Part shown: piece after piece, positions 27,895 through 37,465 of the stretch
How positions within the stretch are numbered: position 1 is the first letter of the stretch
How the letters are laid out: the number at the start of each line of letters is the position of its first letter
DNA from: a virus
Taxonomy: Duplodnaviria; Caudoviricetes
DNA length: 41,952 bases
IMG/VR virus record: IMGVR_UViG_3300005326_000711
Location: 1-41,952 of that record
Direction: 5' to 3' (one strand)
Program-made: the position numbers and the translations under genes
Notes under the pieces: generated by a model
The model's database searches: none
Seen by the model: only the letters and a program-made list of their open reading frames with translations
What the model was told of the DNA's origin: nothing

Positions 27895-29889
27895 TTATTT
27901 TACCTCTCTTATATTAGTTTTATAACTAGAGTTTACTTCGTTTCTATCTTGATAGATTTCATATTCATTTAGTAATTTACCTTGCATCTCTGTTCGTATT
28001 GATTCTATGTCAATTTGATCTTTATAAACTAACAAAAGTACTTGAGGAGATAATGTTTGAAATGTTTTAATAATTTTGTCACGATGAAAATTTGTCAGTA
28101 CACTAAATGGGGCATCTAAAATAATGGTCCCTGTCAAACTAGAATTCTTGTGTAACCCATATATTAAAGAAATTGTTATTAAAGTCATATACCCACTAGA
28201 GATATTGGGCACAACTCTATCTTGGACATCGATGAGTTTCAGTCCGTAATTTTCATCAAAAACTAGTCGATCATACTGTTGGTTTTCTGATATACTCTTG
28301 AACATTAAAGATGCATCATGTTGGACTTTAGTTCTCATATTTTCAGAGTACTTTTCAATAGACAATTTTAATACTTCAATAAGATTTGTGGTCTTTTGAA
28401 TTTTGGAATCGATTGAAGTTAAATCTACTGTTGAAGGTGATTTTTTGATAATATCGTCAATTAATGTTTGAATTCGCTTGATTTCATCCTCAGAATTTTT
28501 AAGCATTCCTTTATAAATTTCTTCATTTTTAGAAGCTATTGAATACGCTTTTGCTACTTGTTCAATATTTGAAGAACCACCTAAATTTTCAATCTGTGAT
28601 TCTATGTCCGATAATTTTCGTATTGTATTATCTTTTTCAATCAATCTAATTTGGATATCAGATTCTATATTACTAATTAATTTACTAAAATCTAAAGGTT
28701 GAATTTGATTTGAAAAAGTTTTTAGAGTTGATATTTTTAAATTGTACTTGTCAAGTTTATTCTTTTCATCATCAGTAATTGTTACGATGTCTTTTTCTAG
28801 TTCGACAATTCTATCATTAATCGTATTAACCTCGTTAGATGCAATGTCGTGACCGCAGTATGAACACTTTGACTTCAATATTAAATTCCTTAAGATATCA
28901 ATTTCATTCATGATAGCGTAGTTATTGTTTAAACTCTCTATAGTTTGATTTATATCTTGAGGAGTTTTTGTTATTTCTGAATTAATTAAATCATAACAAA
29001 TTGATTTATAATTTTTTAAATATGTTTTTAACGCTTCTTTCTTAATCTTTATACTTTCATTGATGGTAGATATTGCAATATTTAATTCTGATTTTTTCTC
29101 AATCAACTCTCTAATCCTTTGATTATTCTTTAATGTTGTCTCATTTTTATTTTTTGAATCGATTGTTGTAATCAAATCAATTTCTATTTGTTTTTTGGAT
29201 TCAATAAACTGATTTTGCTGTTCCGTTAATCTATTCAATTCATCTAGAAGTTTTTGATTTTTACTTTGTTCACGAACGAGTTTTAATCTTTCGAGTTGTA
29301 ATTTTTCTAAGTGTTTTTCTAAGTCGGATTTTGAATTTTCTAGTGTTGTAATTCCTAGTATTTTTCTTATTGAGTCATATATTTCTAGGTTTTTATTATT
29401 ATCCAATAAGTCTTTATACTTTGATATTGTTTCGCCTTCAAAAAGAATATATTCTGATATTTTCTTAGGTATAATATTTTTGAGCACCATCATTGTTTCA
29501 TTTACTGACAAAAAATTCTGATTTTTTATTAGAGTCACAGTGTCTTCAAAATCGTTATCATTTCTTGGTAATCCATGAACACTTCCTTTAATTCTTTTAA
29601 TTCTTTTAAGAACATATGAGTCATTGTTATATTCGAAGTCAAGAGCAACATACATCTCAAAGTTCTCTTCTTCCCATGCAACTATATTCAACTCGTTCTT
29701 AATCTTGAATGCACCAATACTATCAAGTTCATCATAAAGGACAAATTTAATAGCTCTGATAAGAGAGGATTTACCGATACCGTTGTCCCCTAGAACAATA
29801 GACAATCCATCATTTTTCCCAAAATCAAAACTTTGAGTACCATAATAAGGTCTGAAATTTTTGATAATTATTTTATTAATATGAAGCAT
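27895..29889 (-). CDS. SMC/Rad50-like ABC ATPase (DndD-like)
   Basis: IKNFRPY, Walker A GDNGIGKSS, Q-loop LFEGE, long coiled coil with zinc hook CSYCGH, signature ISSG, Walker B IILDAPF. Confidence 0.88.
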   Translation of the reverse strand: MLHINKIIIKNFRPYYGTQSFDFGKNDGLSIVLGDNGIGKSSLIRAIKFVLYDELDSIGAFKIKNELNIVAWEEENFEMYVALDFEYNNDSYVLKRIKRIKGSVHGLPRNDNDFEDTVTLIKNQNFLSVNETMMVLKNIIPKKISEYILFEGETISKYKDLLDNNKNLEIYDSIRKILGITTLENSKSDLEKHLEKLQLERLKLVREQSKNQKLLDELNRLTEQQNQFIESKKQIEIDLITTIDSKNKNETTLKNNQRIRELIEKKSELNIAISTINESIKIKKEALKTYLKNYKSICYDLINSEITKTPQDINQTIESLNNNYAIMNEIDILRNLILKSKCSYCGHDIASNEVNTINDRIVELEKDIVTITDDEKNKLDKYNLKISTLKTFSNQIQPLDFSKLISNIESDIQIRLIEKDNTIRKLSDIESQIENLGGSSNIEQVAKAYSIASKNEEIYKGMLKNSEDEIKRIQTLIDDIIKKSPSTVDLTSIDSKIQKTTNLIEVLKLSIEKYSENMRTKVQHDASLMFKSISENQQYDRLVFDENYGLKLIDVQDRVVPNISSGYMTLITISLIYGLHKNSSLTGTIILDAPFSVLTNFHRDKIIKTFQTLSPQVLLLVYKDQIDIESIRTEMQGKLLNEYEIYQDRNEVNSSYKTNIREVK

Positions 29890-29905
29890 GTTATCTCCCC
29901 TTTTT

Positions 29906-30097
29906 TTACCTTACTAATGTCTCAATAAGTGTTTTAATTCTTGGTCTGTCATCATTAAATTCATACTCTTTTTCAGACTTGATTAAACTGTTTAAAATAT
30001 GTTTATATTCATCAAGTGTTTCATTGGACATATCCTTAAAGTGTTCATCAATAACTGAATTAATCACATCTATATAATTATCATTCATTTGTCCCAT
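29906..30097 (-). CDS. Small hypothetical protein between helicase and SMC ATPase
   Basis: About 60-63 aa, SD AAGGAG, overlaps the helicase stop. Confidence 0.6.
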   Translation of the reverse strand: MGQMNDNYIDVINSVIDEHFKDMSNETLDEYKHILNSLIKSEKEYEFNDDRPRIKTLIETLVR

Positions 30098-32177
30098 AAT
30101 CTCCTTCAATATCAGTAATGTTATTGTTGTTCATAATAACTTGAATTTTACTTCTAATTAATTTTGAATTTTTTGCATTTTCTGCGAAAGTCATGCTTCT
30201 TGCAATTTCTCCCCTCAGGATTGAAAGACTTTTTTCTAAATCTTCTTCCAGTGAGTTGGGTACAACTATACAATCAAAAATATACGCAAAATTTTTATCC
30301 TTATGTTTTCTCAATACTCTCCCACGTCTTTGAATATATTGTCTAGGGTTCTTACTTGATGATAGTATAATTGCATGGTCAATTGAAGGTATATCAACAC
30401 CTTCATCTAGGCAATTAATAGAAAGTAAAATTGCTCCGTTTGTTGAAAAATGTTGTATTGTTTGGTCTAAATCATTATCAGTATTTGTGTGATATTCAAA
30501 AACATTTCCTTTAAAGATGCTGTGTTTAAGAAGCTTATTCTTCAATTCAATAACTTGCTCTGTATCATCTAGATATATAAGCCATCTATGATTAGTTTGA
30601 TAGTATTTCAGCAATATGTTTTCAGCTACTGTAATTTTAAATTCTGCTTTTTTAAGAATATCAGCACGTTCAAACAATAATCTATCCAGTCCTTTTATAT
30701 CATTTATATTCGTAATATCTTTGTTAATAACTATTTTTTTATTTATTTCATTTGTTAGTCGATTCCATTTTTCTTGTTCATTTGTATTTAATTCAACTTC
30801 CGTAACCTCATAGAAATATTCACAAAGCACACCATCTCTAATAGCGTCACTTAATAGATATTTTGGAAGTACAATACCTTTGAAGAATTCAATAATTTTA
30901 TTAGTAGATAAATCATCAAAATATCTCTTTGGAGTAGCACTGAGACCTATTCTAGATCCGACATTAACGCTTAATAAACTTATGTTTTGAGGAGATCCGA
31001 TATTATGTACTTCATCACAAACATAAAATATGTGACTTCCCCAGGCTATATTGTCAATAAATTGACTCTTACTAGCGGTTTGATAAGTAGTTAATATGCA
31101 TCTTTTTATGTTCAGTTTTGGATTTGAATACATTTTTAACTTTGATGCATCGATAGGGTGTCCTGCACCAACTTGTAATAGAGTAACCTCATCATTAAAC
31201 AACTTTATTAACTCATTATACCATTGAATAAATAACAATTTTGATGGTACTAAAACTAGCGGGATTTCATTCCTTTGATAAATTGCTTCTCTAATTGCAC
31301 AAAGAGCTGTAAATGTTTTACCTGATCCTGTACACATTTCAAAAAGTCCCTGCCAATTATTGTTTTCCCAATTGTTTAAAATAAGTTCTTGGTGGGGTTT
31401 TACTTTTCTGGCATTAACCCCTACTTCAGCGAACCATTTTTCCTTTTTGCTAAATAGTTCATATTTTACTTCTTCTATAAGTTCACTTATTTCAAGATTA
31501 CTGACAAATGACTTTATTTTTTTTATAGATGTATCTGGAATATTGAATGTTGAAATATGTGGTTCAAGATTATTCCACATTTTTTCAAAATGATCTTTAA
31601 CCAAATCAACTCGATACTCATCTTTGGGATTATCCCAACTTGTAAAAGCATCAAAGGATTCACTATTTCCAAATGCGGAAACACCTTTGAATGTTTCATT
31701 GATTGATCCTCGAAATGCAACTGAATTTCCTTGAATGTCCGTGAAAACTCCAGCTTTATCATGCATCAGTCTTTGTGCTTCTGTATTATCTCCATATATT
31801 GCAAGTTTAATTTCTAGTATATCTGCTGCTATTAGTTTTGATAATAGAAGAGTTGAATTTGGGTAATCGAGTAGCATTTGTTCTAATACTTCATCTAGAT
31901 GCTGAATGATCATTAACTCATCTTTTTCTGAGTATCCACTTTTTATTGCATTTAAGTCATCATCACTCAGTGCAGGTGAACATAGAATGCGAATTTTACC
32001 TTTATTAATTACAAAAGTTCTTAATGCTTCATTTATTACCAAGAAAACTGATGAGCCAAAATATCCTGTTATCCTATCATACTTTACTGAATTTTCCATG
32101 CAAGGTTTGTAGAATTCATAATAGAGTTCATTCCTAGTTTTAAAATACGTCGGTAAAAAATCAATACTGTTAAGCAT
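30081..32177 (-). CDS. PLD-nuclease plus SF2 (DEAD/DEAH) helicase
   Basis: N-terminal HDKAGVFTD...GSINET (HxK...GSxN); MCTGSGKT, DEVH, SATP, LDEGVDIP, QRRGRVLR. Confidence 0.9.
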   Translation of the reverse strand: MLNSIDFLPTYFKTRNELYYEFYKPCMENSVKYDRITGYFGSSVFLVINEALRTFVINKGKIRILCSPALSDDDLNAIKSGYSEKDELMIIQHLDEVLEQMLLDYPNSTLLLSKLIAADILEIKLAIYGDNTEAQRLMHDKAGVFTDIQGNSVAFRGSINETFKGVSAFGNSESFDAFTSWDNPKDEYRVDLVKDHFEKMWNNLEPHISTFNIPDTSIKKIKSFVSNLEISELIEEVKYELFSKKEKWFAEVGVNARKVKPHQELILNNWENNNWQGLFEMCTGSGKTFTALCAIREAIYQRNEIPLVLVPSKLLFIQWYNELIKLFNDEVTLLQVGAGHPIDASKLKMYSNPKLNIKRCILTTYQTASKSQFIDNIAWGSHIFYVCDEVHNIGSPQNISLLSVNVGSRIGLSATPKRYFDDLSTNKIIEFFKGIVLPKYLLSDAIRDGVLCEYFYEVTEVELNTNEQEKWNRLTNEINKKIVINKDITNINDIKGLDRLLFERADILKKAEFKITVAENILLKYYQTNHRWLIYLDDTEQVIELKNKLLKHSIFKGNVFEYHTNTDNDLDQTIQHFSTNGAILLSINCLDEGVDIPSIDHAIILSSSKNPRQYIQRRGRVLRKHKDKNFAYIFDCIVVPNSLEEDLEKSLSILRGEIARSMTFAENAKNSKLIRSKIQVIMNNNNITDIEGDYGTNE

Positions 32178-33168
32178 CAATATCGACCTCGCATTTCATT
32201 ACTTTTTCATTTTTCACTTCATTAATGTTTCTTGTAGCTAACTCTGAGAATTCTTTTGAAATGTCTATGCCAATAAACTTTCTTTTCAACTTCAAGGCTA
32301 CCTTCCCAGTAGTTCCACTTCCCACCCATGGATCTAATACAATGTCATTTTCTTGAGTACATGCAAGGATATACTTTTCTGGTAAATACTCTGGTTGCAC
32401 TGCTTGATGATCCTCGCTTCTTCCAGATACTGCACCATATACAATGTTCGAGTTTAGATTGATGATATCATTTCTAAAATCGCTTGGTAGCAAATTAAAT
32501 ACTAAGTTACTCATCTCATTGTTTGAAATATTTAATGGAAGAGCACCAAGTTCATTTGGTGTTATTTTTTTTTCTTTTGAAACATATTGTAATCCGTTTT
32601 TTCTAGGTTTAAACGTTGTATTTTGATATGTCTTTAAGGATGAATCTGAATACTCTCTTCTAATAGGATCAATATTGATTTGCCATTTAGCTGATTTTGA
32701 AAACCATAAATTGTACTCATATGCATCTTGACATGCAACTCTTACCCCTGTTGGTACCGGATTGGACTTAATCCATATTTCAATATCAACACAGTAGAGT
32801 CTTAACTCTTTCTTCATATGAAGCATTAACTCTTCAATAATCAATGATCTCTCAGATGACTCATCATTACTTTTAGGATTTGTCCTATTTGCTTTAACAT
32901 TTATTACTATAAATCCATCATCAGTTAGTTTTGGTAATGCGTTCTGGATAAATGGTGATATTTCATCAATATAATTATCGATTTTCCAAGTTTTATAGTT
33001 TCTCTTAGCATTTGGGTACGGTGGTGAACCGTAAAATAATTTAATTGAATTATCAGGAATTTTCTTTATTTTTTCTATGGCGTTGCCATGCAATATACAA
33101 AAGCCATTCTCGTTTAATGAACTCAATATTTTATTTTTTTTTGATTTGATATTATTCATTAGTGTCAC
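32170..33168 (-). CDS. Site-specific DNA methyltransferase, beta class, probably N4-cytosine
   Basis: Motif IV SPPY precedes motif I VLDPWVGSGTTG; IGIDI. Confidence 0.9.
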   Translation of the reverse strand: MTLMNNIKSKKNKILSSLNENGFCILHGNAIEKIKKIPDNSIKLFYGSPPYPNAKRNYKTWKIDNYIDEISPFIQNALPKLTDDGFIVINVKANRTNPKSNDESSERSLIIEELMLHMKKELRLYCVDIEIWIKSNPVPTGVRVACQDAYEYNLWFSKSAKWQINIDPIRREYSDSSLKTYQNTTFKPRKNGLQYVSKEKKITPNELGALPLNISNNEMSNLVFNLLPSDFRNDIINLNSNIVYGAVSGRSEDHQAVQPEYLPEKYILACTQENDIVLDPWVGSGTTGKVALKLKRKFIGIDISKEFSELATRNINEVKNEKVMKCEVDIDA

Positions 33169-33199
33169 AACCCCTTGTCAGTCTTTGAGCTTATATATA

Positions 33200-33208
33200 A
33201 TTTTACCA
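33200..33208 (-). promoter_or_regulatory. Putative extended -10 promoter (TGgTAAAAT) for the cassette
   Basis: Located between the rep stop and the MTase start. Confidence 0.4.
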
Positions 33209-33235
33209 TTATTTTATGCATTTTTCGACCTTATT

Positions 33236-34051
33236 TTAAAAAAAGACCTTTTTGGATGATTCAGAAAATTCTTTCCTTGCACTCTCCATCGCAGTAATGA
33301 AATAACCATACTTGTTTTTAATTGGTTCATCTTTCAAATCCTGGTTCTTAATACGTTCTTTGTTCCTATGTATGAAGTATTGAACATACAGTTTGTAATC
33401 ATCAAATTCATAACCGTTTCTCCCAATGAACTTATTGAAAAAGTTGTCATAGCGAAAATATTCGAGTTCATCAACTCTTGTAAGATACCTAGCGTTAATT
33501 AGATACCTGGTTAAAACATGATTCTTTGAGAAAGTTATTTCATCTTCTAACTTGCTACTTTTATCTAATTTCTCTAATATATCCGATTTATCTAATACAT
33601 CCTTTACTATCGCATTAATATCAATACCTTTACTATAATCTTTATTATTGGGTGTCATTTTGTCATCAGTTAAGTGACATTCTGACACTGGTTCTTGTGA
33701 CACATTGTCATCATAATTGTGTTCTTTTGTCATGGGTAGTGACATTTTGTCACTGGTGTATTTGTTAGGAATTATCTCGAAGGAGACATACTTAATGTAA
33801 TTTTTGTAATATTCACTTTTCTCTATAAATTTCTTCTCAATGAGTGAATCAACGAGTCTGAATACTTGCCTTCTTGAAATGTCCAATCTATTCGCAAGAT
33901 ATTCAATAGATCCAAAGAACCCACCTTTTTTATCTTGAGAGTACGAAAAAATTAAGGCATATAACCTTAACTCACTACCTTTGAGACCCATTTCAGTCAT
34001 CCAGTAGAACTCCACTATAAAGTGATTTGATGGTATTTCATTCTTTGGCAT
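33236..34051 (-). CDS. Phage replication initiator with N-terminal winged HTH
   Basis: LKGSEL.LYALI..YSQ...F.GS..YLA..L.ISR, internal iterons, C-terminal IKNKYGYF. Confidence 0.75.
   Translation of the reverse strand: MPKNEIPSNHFIVEFYWMTEMGLKGSELRLYALIFSYSQDKKGGFFGSIEYLANRLDISRRQVFRLVDSLIEKKFIEKSEYYKNYIKYVSFEIIPNKYTSDKMSLPMTKEHNYDDNVSQEPVSECHLTDDKMTPNNKDYSKGIDINAIVKDVLDKSDILEKLDKSSKLEDEITFSKNHVLTRYLINARYLTRVDELEYFRYDNFFNKFIGRNGYEFDDYKLYVQYFIHRNKERIKNQDLKDEPIKNKYGYFITAMESARKEFSESSKKVFF
33652..33753. repeat. Five 15-bp iterons (consensus GTGACATTTTGTCAY), probable phage origin
   Basis: Copies start at 33652, 33674, 33697, 33719 and 33739 (20-23-bp period) inside the rep gene. Confidence 0.75.
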
Positions 34052-35138
34052 TATCATCACCCATAAACATTGTTTTAAATATCTCCTTTAAGACTGTAAC
34101 AACGACCGAATTGCCAGCTAGTCTGTAGAGTGCTGTTTCACTAACCTTACCATCAATTCTCATGAAGTCATAATCACTCCATCCCATCAACCTATAACTT
34201 TCCTTAGGTGTGATTTTCCTAATCGAAACTAAGTCATTTTTATTTACTACAACACCTAAATCACTTACTGATGTTTTCAGTGTAGGAATCGATTCTTTTT
34301 GCACTACACCACGTTTTTGGTGAGGTCGGTTGATGTAGATGCCATCACCCACTTGGGCGGTCGTACTACCCTTTTTTGTCGCTTCTGGAACGATTACAAA
34401 GTTATCGGTTGGTGTTGATCCGGTTCTAGTTGTTATTGTCCAAGCATATTGACTATTTTCATCGTGTGGTCTAAATCTAGTTCCTCTAACATAACCATTT
34501 CTATTTTTTGTATCTGTATAATACATAAACATTTTCGGTGAAACAAAGTACTTTTCATCCACTTGATCATCAAGATATTCACTTAACTTCTTGGTAAGCG
34601 GAATCTTCTTTGGAAATACATATGGTTCTTCCCTTTGTAACGAGACGAGAAAAAGTCGCTTTCTATTTTGAGCGACTCCATAATCTTTGGCATTGAGAAC
34701 ATCGTAGTAATTTCTATATCCCATCTCTTCCAGTATCCGTAGCCATATTTTAAAATGTTCCAAATATCTCTTTCCCACTAATGTAGGCACATTTTCCATG
34801 ATTAAGTAACTCGGTTTATTTTCAGTTGCATTGAGCAATCTCTCTATCTCCCACAATAGACTCGACTGTGTGTTCGATTCACGATCCATTCCTTTCATCT
34901 GACCAGCTATCGAAATGTCAGTACAAGGAAATGAATAGCACCACATATCTGCATCAGGAGTTTTTCTAACTCTTCTAATATCTCCAAGAACATTGGTTGC
35001 TCCATGGAGGATTTGATACGCTTTAATTGCATTCTCATCAATCTCAGAAATACCAACAACTTCGTGTTCTATGTCTAACTCTTTTAGTGCCTGGTGATAA
35101 GCACCAATACCAGCAAAAAATTCAATGATTTTTAGCAT
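34038..35138 (-). CDS. dcm: DNA (cytosine-5) methyltransferase
   Basis: FFAGIG, FPC, MENV, QNRKR, AGNS motifs. Confidence 0.93.
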   Translation of the reverse strand: MLKIIEFFAGIGAYHQALKELDIEHEVVGISEIDENAIKAYQILHGATNVLGDIRRVRKTPDADMWCYSFPCTDISIAGQMKGMDRESNTQSSLLWEIERLLNATENKPSYLIMENVPTLVGKRYLEHFKIWLRILEEMGYRNYYDVLNAKDYGVAQNRKRLFLVSLQREEPYVFPKKIPLTKKLSEYLDDQVDEKYFVSPKMFMYYTDTKNRNGYVRGTRFRPHDENSQYAWTITTRTGSTPTDNFVIVPEATKKGSTTAQVGDGIYINRPHQKRGVVQKESIPTLKTSVSDLGVVVNKNDLVSIRKITPKESYRLMGWSDYDFMRIDGKVSETALYRLAGNSVVVTVLKEIFKTMFMGDDNAKE

Positions 35139-35159
35139 AATTTCTCCTTCTAAAATAAT

Positions 35160-35259
35160 GTGAACGCCAATGAAAAACGCACCTAGTTATTTTGTCCTAC
35201 AAAGGGTATATCAAGGGTAGCCTTTGTCGTACAAAAGGTATGTTTACATTGCCGTTCAC
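35160..35259. repeat. 72-bp direct repeat copy B (35188-35259) within a 100-bp imperfect palindrome
   Basis: GTGAACG/CGTTCAC, CAATG/CATTG, ACCT/AGGT, TTTTGT/ACAAAA and ACAAAGG/CCTTTGT pair in nested order. Confidence 0.85.
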
Positions 35260-35274
35260 TACTGTTATGTGTCG

Positions 35275-35469
35275 TTATTTTTTGATACTAACTTTCTCTT
35301 CTTCCAAAGTATTCTCGGCCATAAATTTATCGAGGTTTTCTTTGGTTACTCTGTAGTAATTACCAAATTTAAATGCTTTGATTTTTCGTTCTTTGACATA
35401 CCTTAAAACTGTCTTTCGAGAGACTTTAAGATAATCTGCTACCTCATTTAATGTATATGTTTCATTCAT
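35275..35469 (-). CDS. Excisionase-like HTH_17 DNA-binding protein
   Basis: YTLNEVADYLKVSRKTV.RY...I.AFK.G..YRV. Confidence 0.85.
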   Translation of the reverse strand: MNETYTLNEVADYLKVSRKTVLRYVKERKIKAFKFGNYYRVTKENLDKFMAENTLEEEKVSIKK

Positions 35470-36218
35470 TTTTTCTTCCCACCTAATCTGTTGTCGATAA
35501 TCTCTTCGATAAGTTTGATTCCACTTTGTAACACCAGGACACTAGTTTGATTAATGTATTTGTCCAGTTTTGATGATGATAAAGTGATCACTCTAAAATA
35601 GTTTTTATCAACGAATGTTTTTTTGGGTTGGTTATGTTCATCAAATATTCCAGCTTGCCTAAGATGCTCTGCAATGATGGAGGATGGAATCGGTTTAGAA
35701 TACTTGAGTGCAGAACTGATATTAATAAAGTTCACTGGAGCAATCTTGGTCCCATAGATGTTTTTAACAATTTTGATATAAGGTTCTAATTTCCGTTCTT
35801 TGGTTTCCAACGACATGACTTTGGTTAACAGTTCATTGCGTTCTTCAATGAATTTTTGGGCAATTTCAGGATGATGAAAATCATTGGTGGTCAACCCATC
35901 AAAGTTCTTCTCTTTTTCGTATTTATGTTTGCTCACTTCGTTAAAGAAATCTAATGCTCTCATAGATTTGGATATCTGGAACAATCTTTCAAATGACTTA
36001 TAATCGATGAAATCAGCTTGTTTACGGTTAGTGGATATGGTGCTGACATCAAACCTAGTAATGGAAACAGTATCTTCTTTTACATCTTCGCTATTTTTAT
36101 CTAGCCCAAAGCCTTTCAGTGCATCGTGTAATTGTATAAAGAATTCATTTTCATAATAAGCAACAAATACATTTGGAAAGTCTTTGAGATAGAGAATATA
36201 AGCTTCCTTGCTATTCAT
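35466..36218 (-). CDS. Phage antirepressor (BRO-N-like plus KilAC/ANT-like)
   Basis: N-terminal D....GL and C-terminal LRQAG...NQP....D..YF...G pattern; ATG 36218 with SD AAGGAG. Confidence 0.6.
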   Translation of the reverse strand: MNSKEAYILYLKDFPNVFVAYYENEFFIQLHDALKGFGLDKNSEDVKEDTVSITRFDVSTISTNRKQADFIDYKSFERLFQISKSMRALDFFNEVSKHKYEKEKNFDGLTTNDFHHPEIAQKFIEERNELLTKVMSLETKERKLEPYIKIVKNIYGTKIAPVNFINISSALKYSKPIPSSIIAEHLRQAGIFDEHNQPKKTFVDKNYFRVITLSSSKLDKYINQTSVLVLQSGIKLIEEIIDNRLGGKKK

Positions 36219-37146
36219 TCGGTTTCTCCTTGTTGTTAAATAGTGCATTGCTCACGATTTTGTTTGTATTGGATTTCATGCCCTCAACCATGTGACTGTA
36301 AATCTGTGTGGTAGAGATATTTTTGTGTCTAAGTGCTTCTTGTGTTTGAAGAAGTGAGGCACCTTGTATCAAAGCGGTTGTCGCAAATGTATGTCTTAAA
36401 CTATGTACTGAATAAGCTCTTGAATCATAGCCTATGGATACCAATAGTTCTTTTACAATACTGCGAATAGATTTCGTGGATAAACGACCTTGTTTCCCAG
36501 ATTTAATCTGTGATAAAAACAAAGGTGTTTTATCATTGTCTTTAATAATGTTGTCTTGATTTACTGAATTGATATAGTCACTAAGAGAATCAAATGTTTC
36601 TTTTGATAGTTTGACATAATCAGCTTTTGAATCTCTTCCTTTACCTTGAATATGAAGTACATACTCGCCATCAATCATATCGATGTCTTCAACATCAGCA
36701 CGACTTGCTTCTATACTCCTGATACCAGTCGTTAAGAAAAGAACTACCAACGCATAATCTCGTTTTCCGAGTTCATTGGTTGCTTTTCGTTTTGCTTTTC
36801 TAATTAATTTTCTTGAATCCTTAATAGATAACGGCATTCTTTTGAATGTTGTTTCAACTTTACATCCTCTTACTTGGTAGGATATATCTTCATATAATCC
36901 AATAAACTTTAAGTATCTATAGAACCCTCTGATTACAACGATATATTTTTGGACAGAGGCACTTTCATTTTGTTTGAGCATATCTTCTTTGAAGGATATA
37001 AGATCGTTTCTAGTTGGTTCAAGAATGCCTTTATCCTCAAGGTAAGTCGCCCAGTGCCACAAAATGTTTCGATAACTGTCTTTCGATATCTTTTTTAAGT
37101 CGGTATATGCTATGTATCGTTCTATCTCTGCTTTAGTATTCATCAC
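36211..37146 (-). CDS. Tyrosine recombinase (XerC/D-like)
   Basis: Catalytic set TGIRSIE, GKG, HSLRH, LRH, TTQIY. Confidence 0.93.
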   Translation of the reverse strand: MMNTKAEIERYIAYTDLKKISKDSYRNILWHWATYLEDKGILEPTRNDLISFKEDMLKQNESASVQKYIVVIRGFYRYLKFIGLYEDISYQVRGCKVETTFKRMPLSIKDSRKLIRKAKRKATNELGKRDYALVVLFLTTGIRSIEASRADVEDIDMIDGEYVLHIQGKGRDSKADYVKLSKETFDSLSDYINSVNQDNIIKDNDKTPLFLSQIKSGKQGRLSTKSIRSIVKELLVSIGYDSRAYSVHSLRHTFATTALIQGASLLQTQEALRHKNISTTQIYSHMVEGMKSNTNKIVSNALFNNKEKPNE

Positions 37147-37465
37147 TTTGTTCCTCTTTTAATGAATACCAAGGTTCTTTGGATAATCCTTTTTTAATTC
37201 GCTTACGTTGATATGCAGCCTCTCTTCTAACCAATTCTTCAACGCTCACCTTGAGTTCTTTTGCTAATCTCACATAGAGAATTGCACTCATCCTATGTCC
37301 CCGGGTTCCTGATTCTAATTGATAATAGTTTTTTCTATCTAAGAAGATTCTCGAGGCTAAAAGGTCCGTAGTGAGTCCAGCTTTTAGTTTCAAATCAATC
37401 AAGTAATTTCTCGACAATGCTTCTTTTCTATCTGGTTGATCCTTATTATGTGTATCCACCTTCAT
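37133..37465 (-). CDS. XRE-family HTH regulator (Cro-like)
   Basis: GLT...LA......YYQLESG.R; ATG 37465 with SD AGGAGGT; divergent from the CI-like gene. Confidence 0.7.
   Translation of the reverse strand: MKVDTHNKDQPDRKEALSRNYLIDLKLKAGLTTDLLASRIFLDRKNYYQLESGTRGHRMSAILYVRLAKELKVSVEELVRREAAYQRKRIKKGLSKEPWYSLKEEQSDEY

Noticed and set aside
27521-32177. Canonical Dnd phosphorothioation, Lamassu, Wadjet or type III R-M system
   Set aside because: No DndA/B/C or JetABD-like genes. The MTase is a short SPPY enzyme rather than a type III Mod, and the gene set does not fit these systems, so no dnd symbols were assigned.
35160-37146. Integron (attC plus IntI)
   Set aside because: The ends do not match RYYYAAC/GTTRRRY, there is no cassette array, and the recombinase shows no evident IntI-specific insertion.
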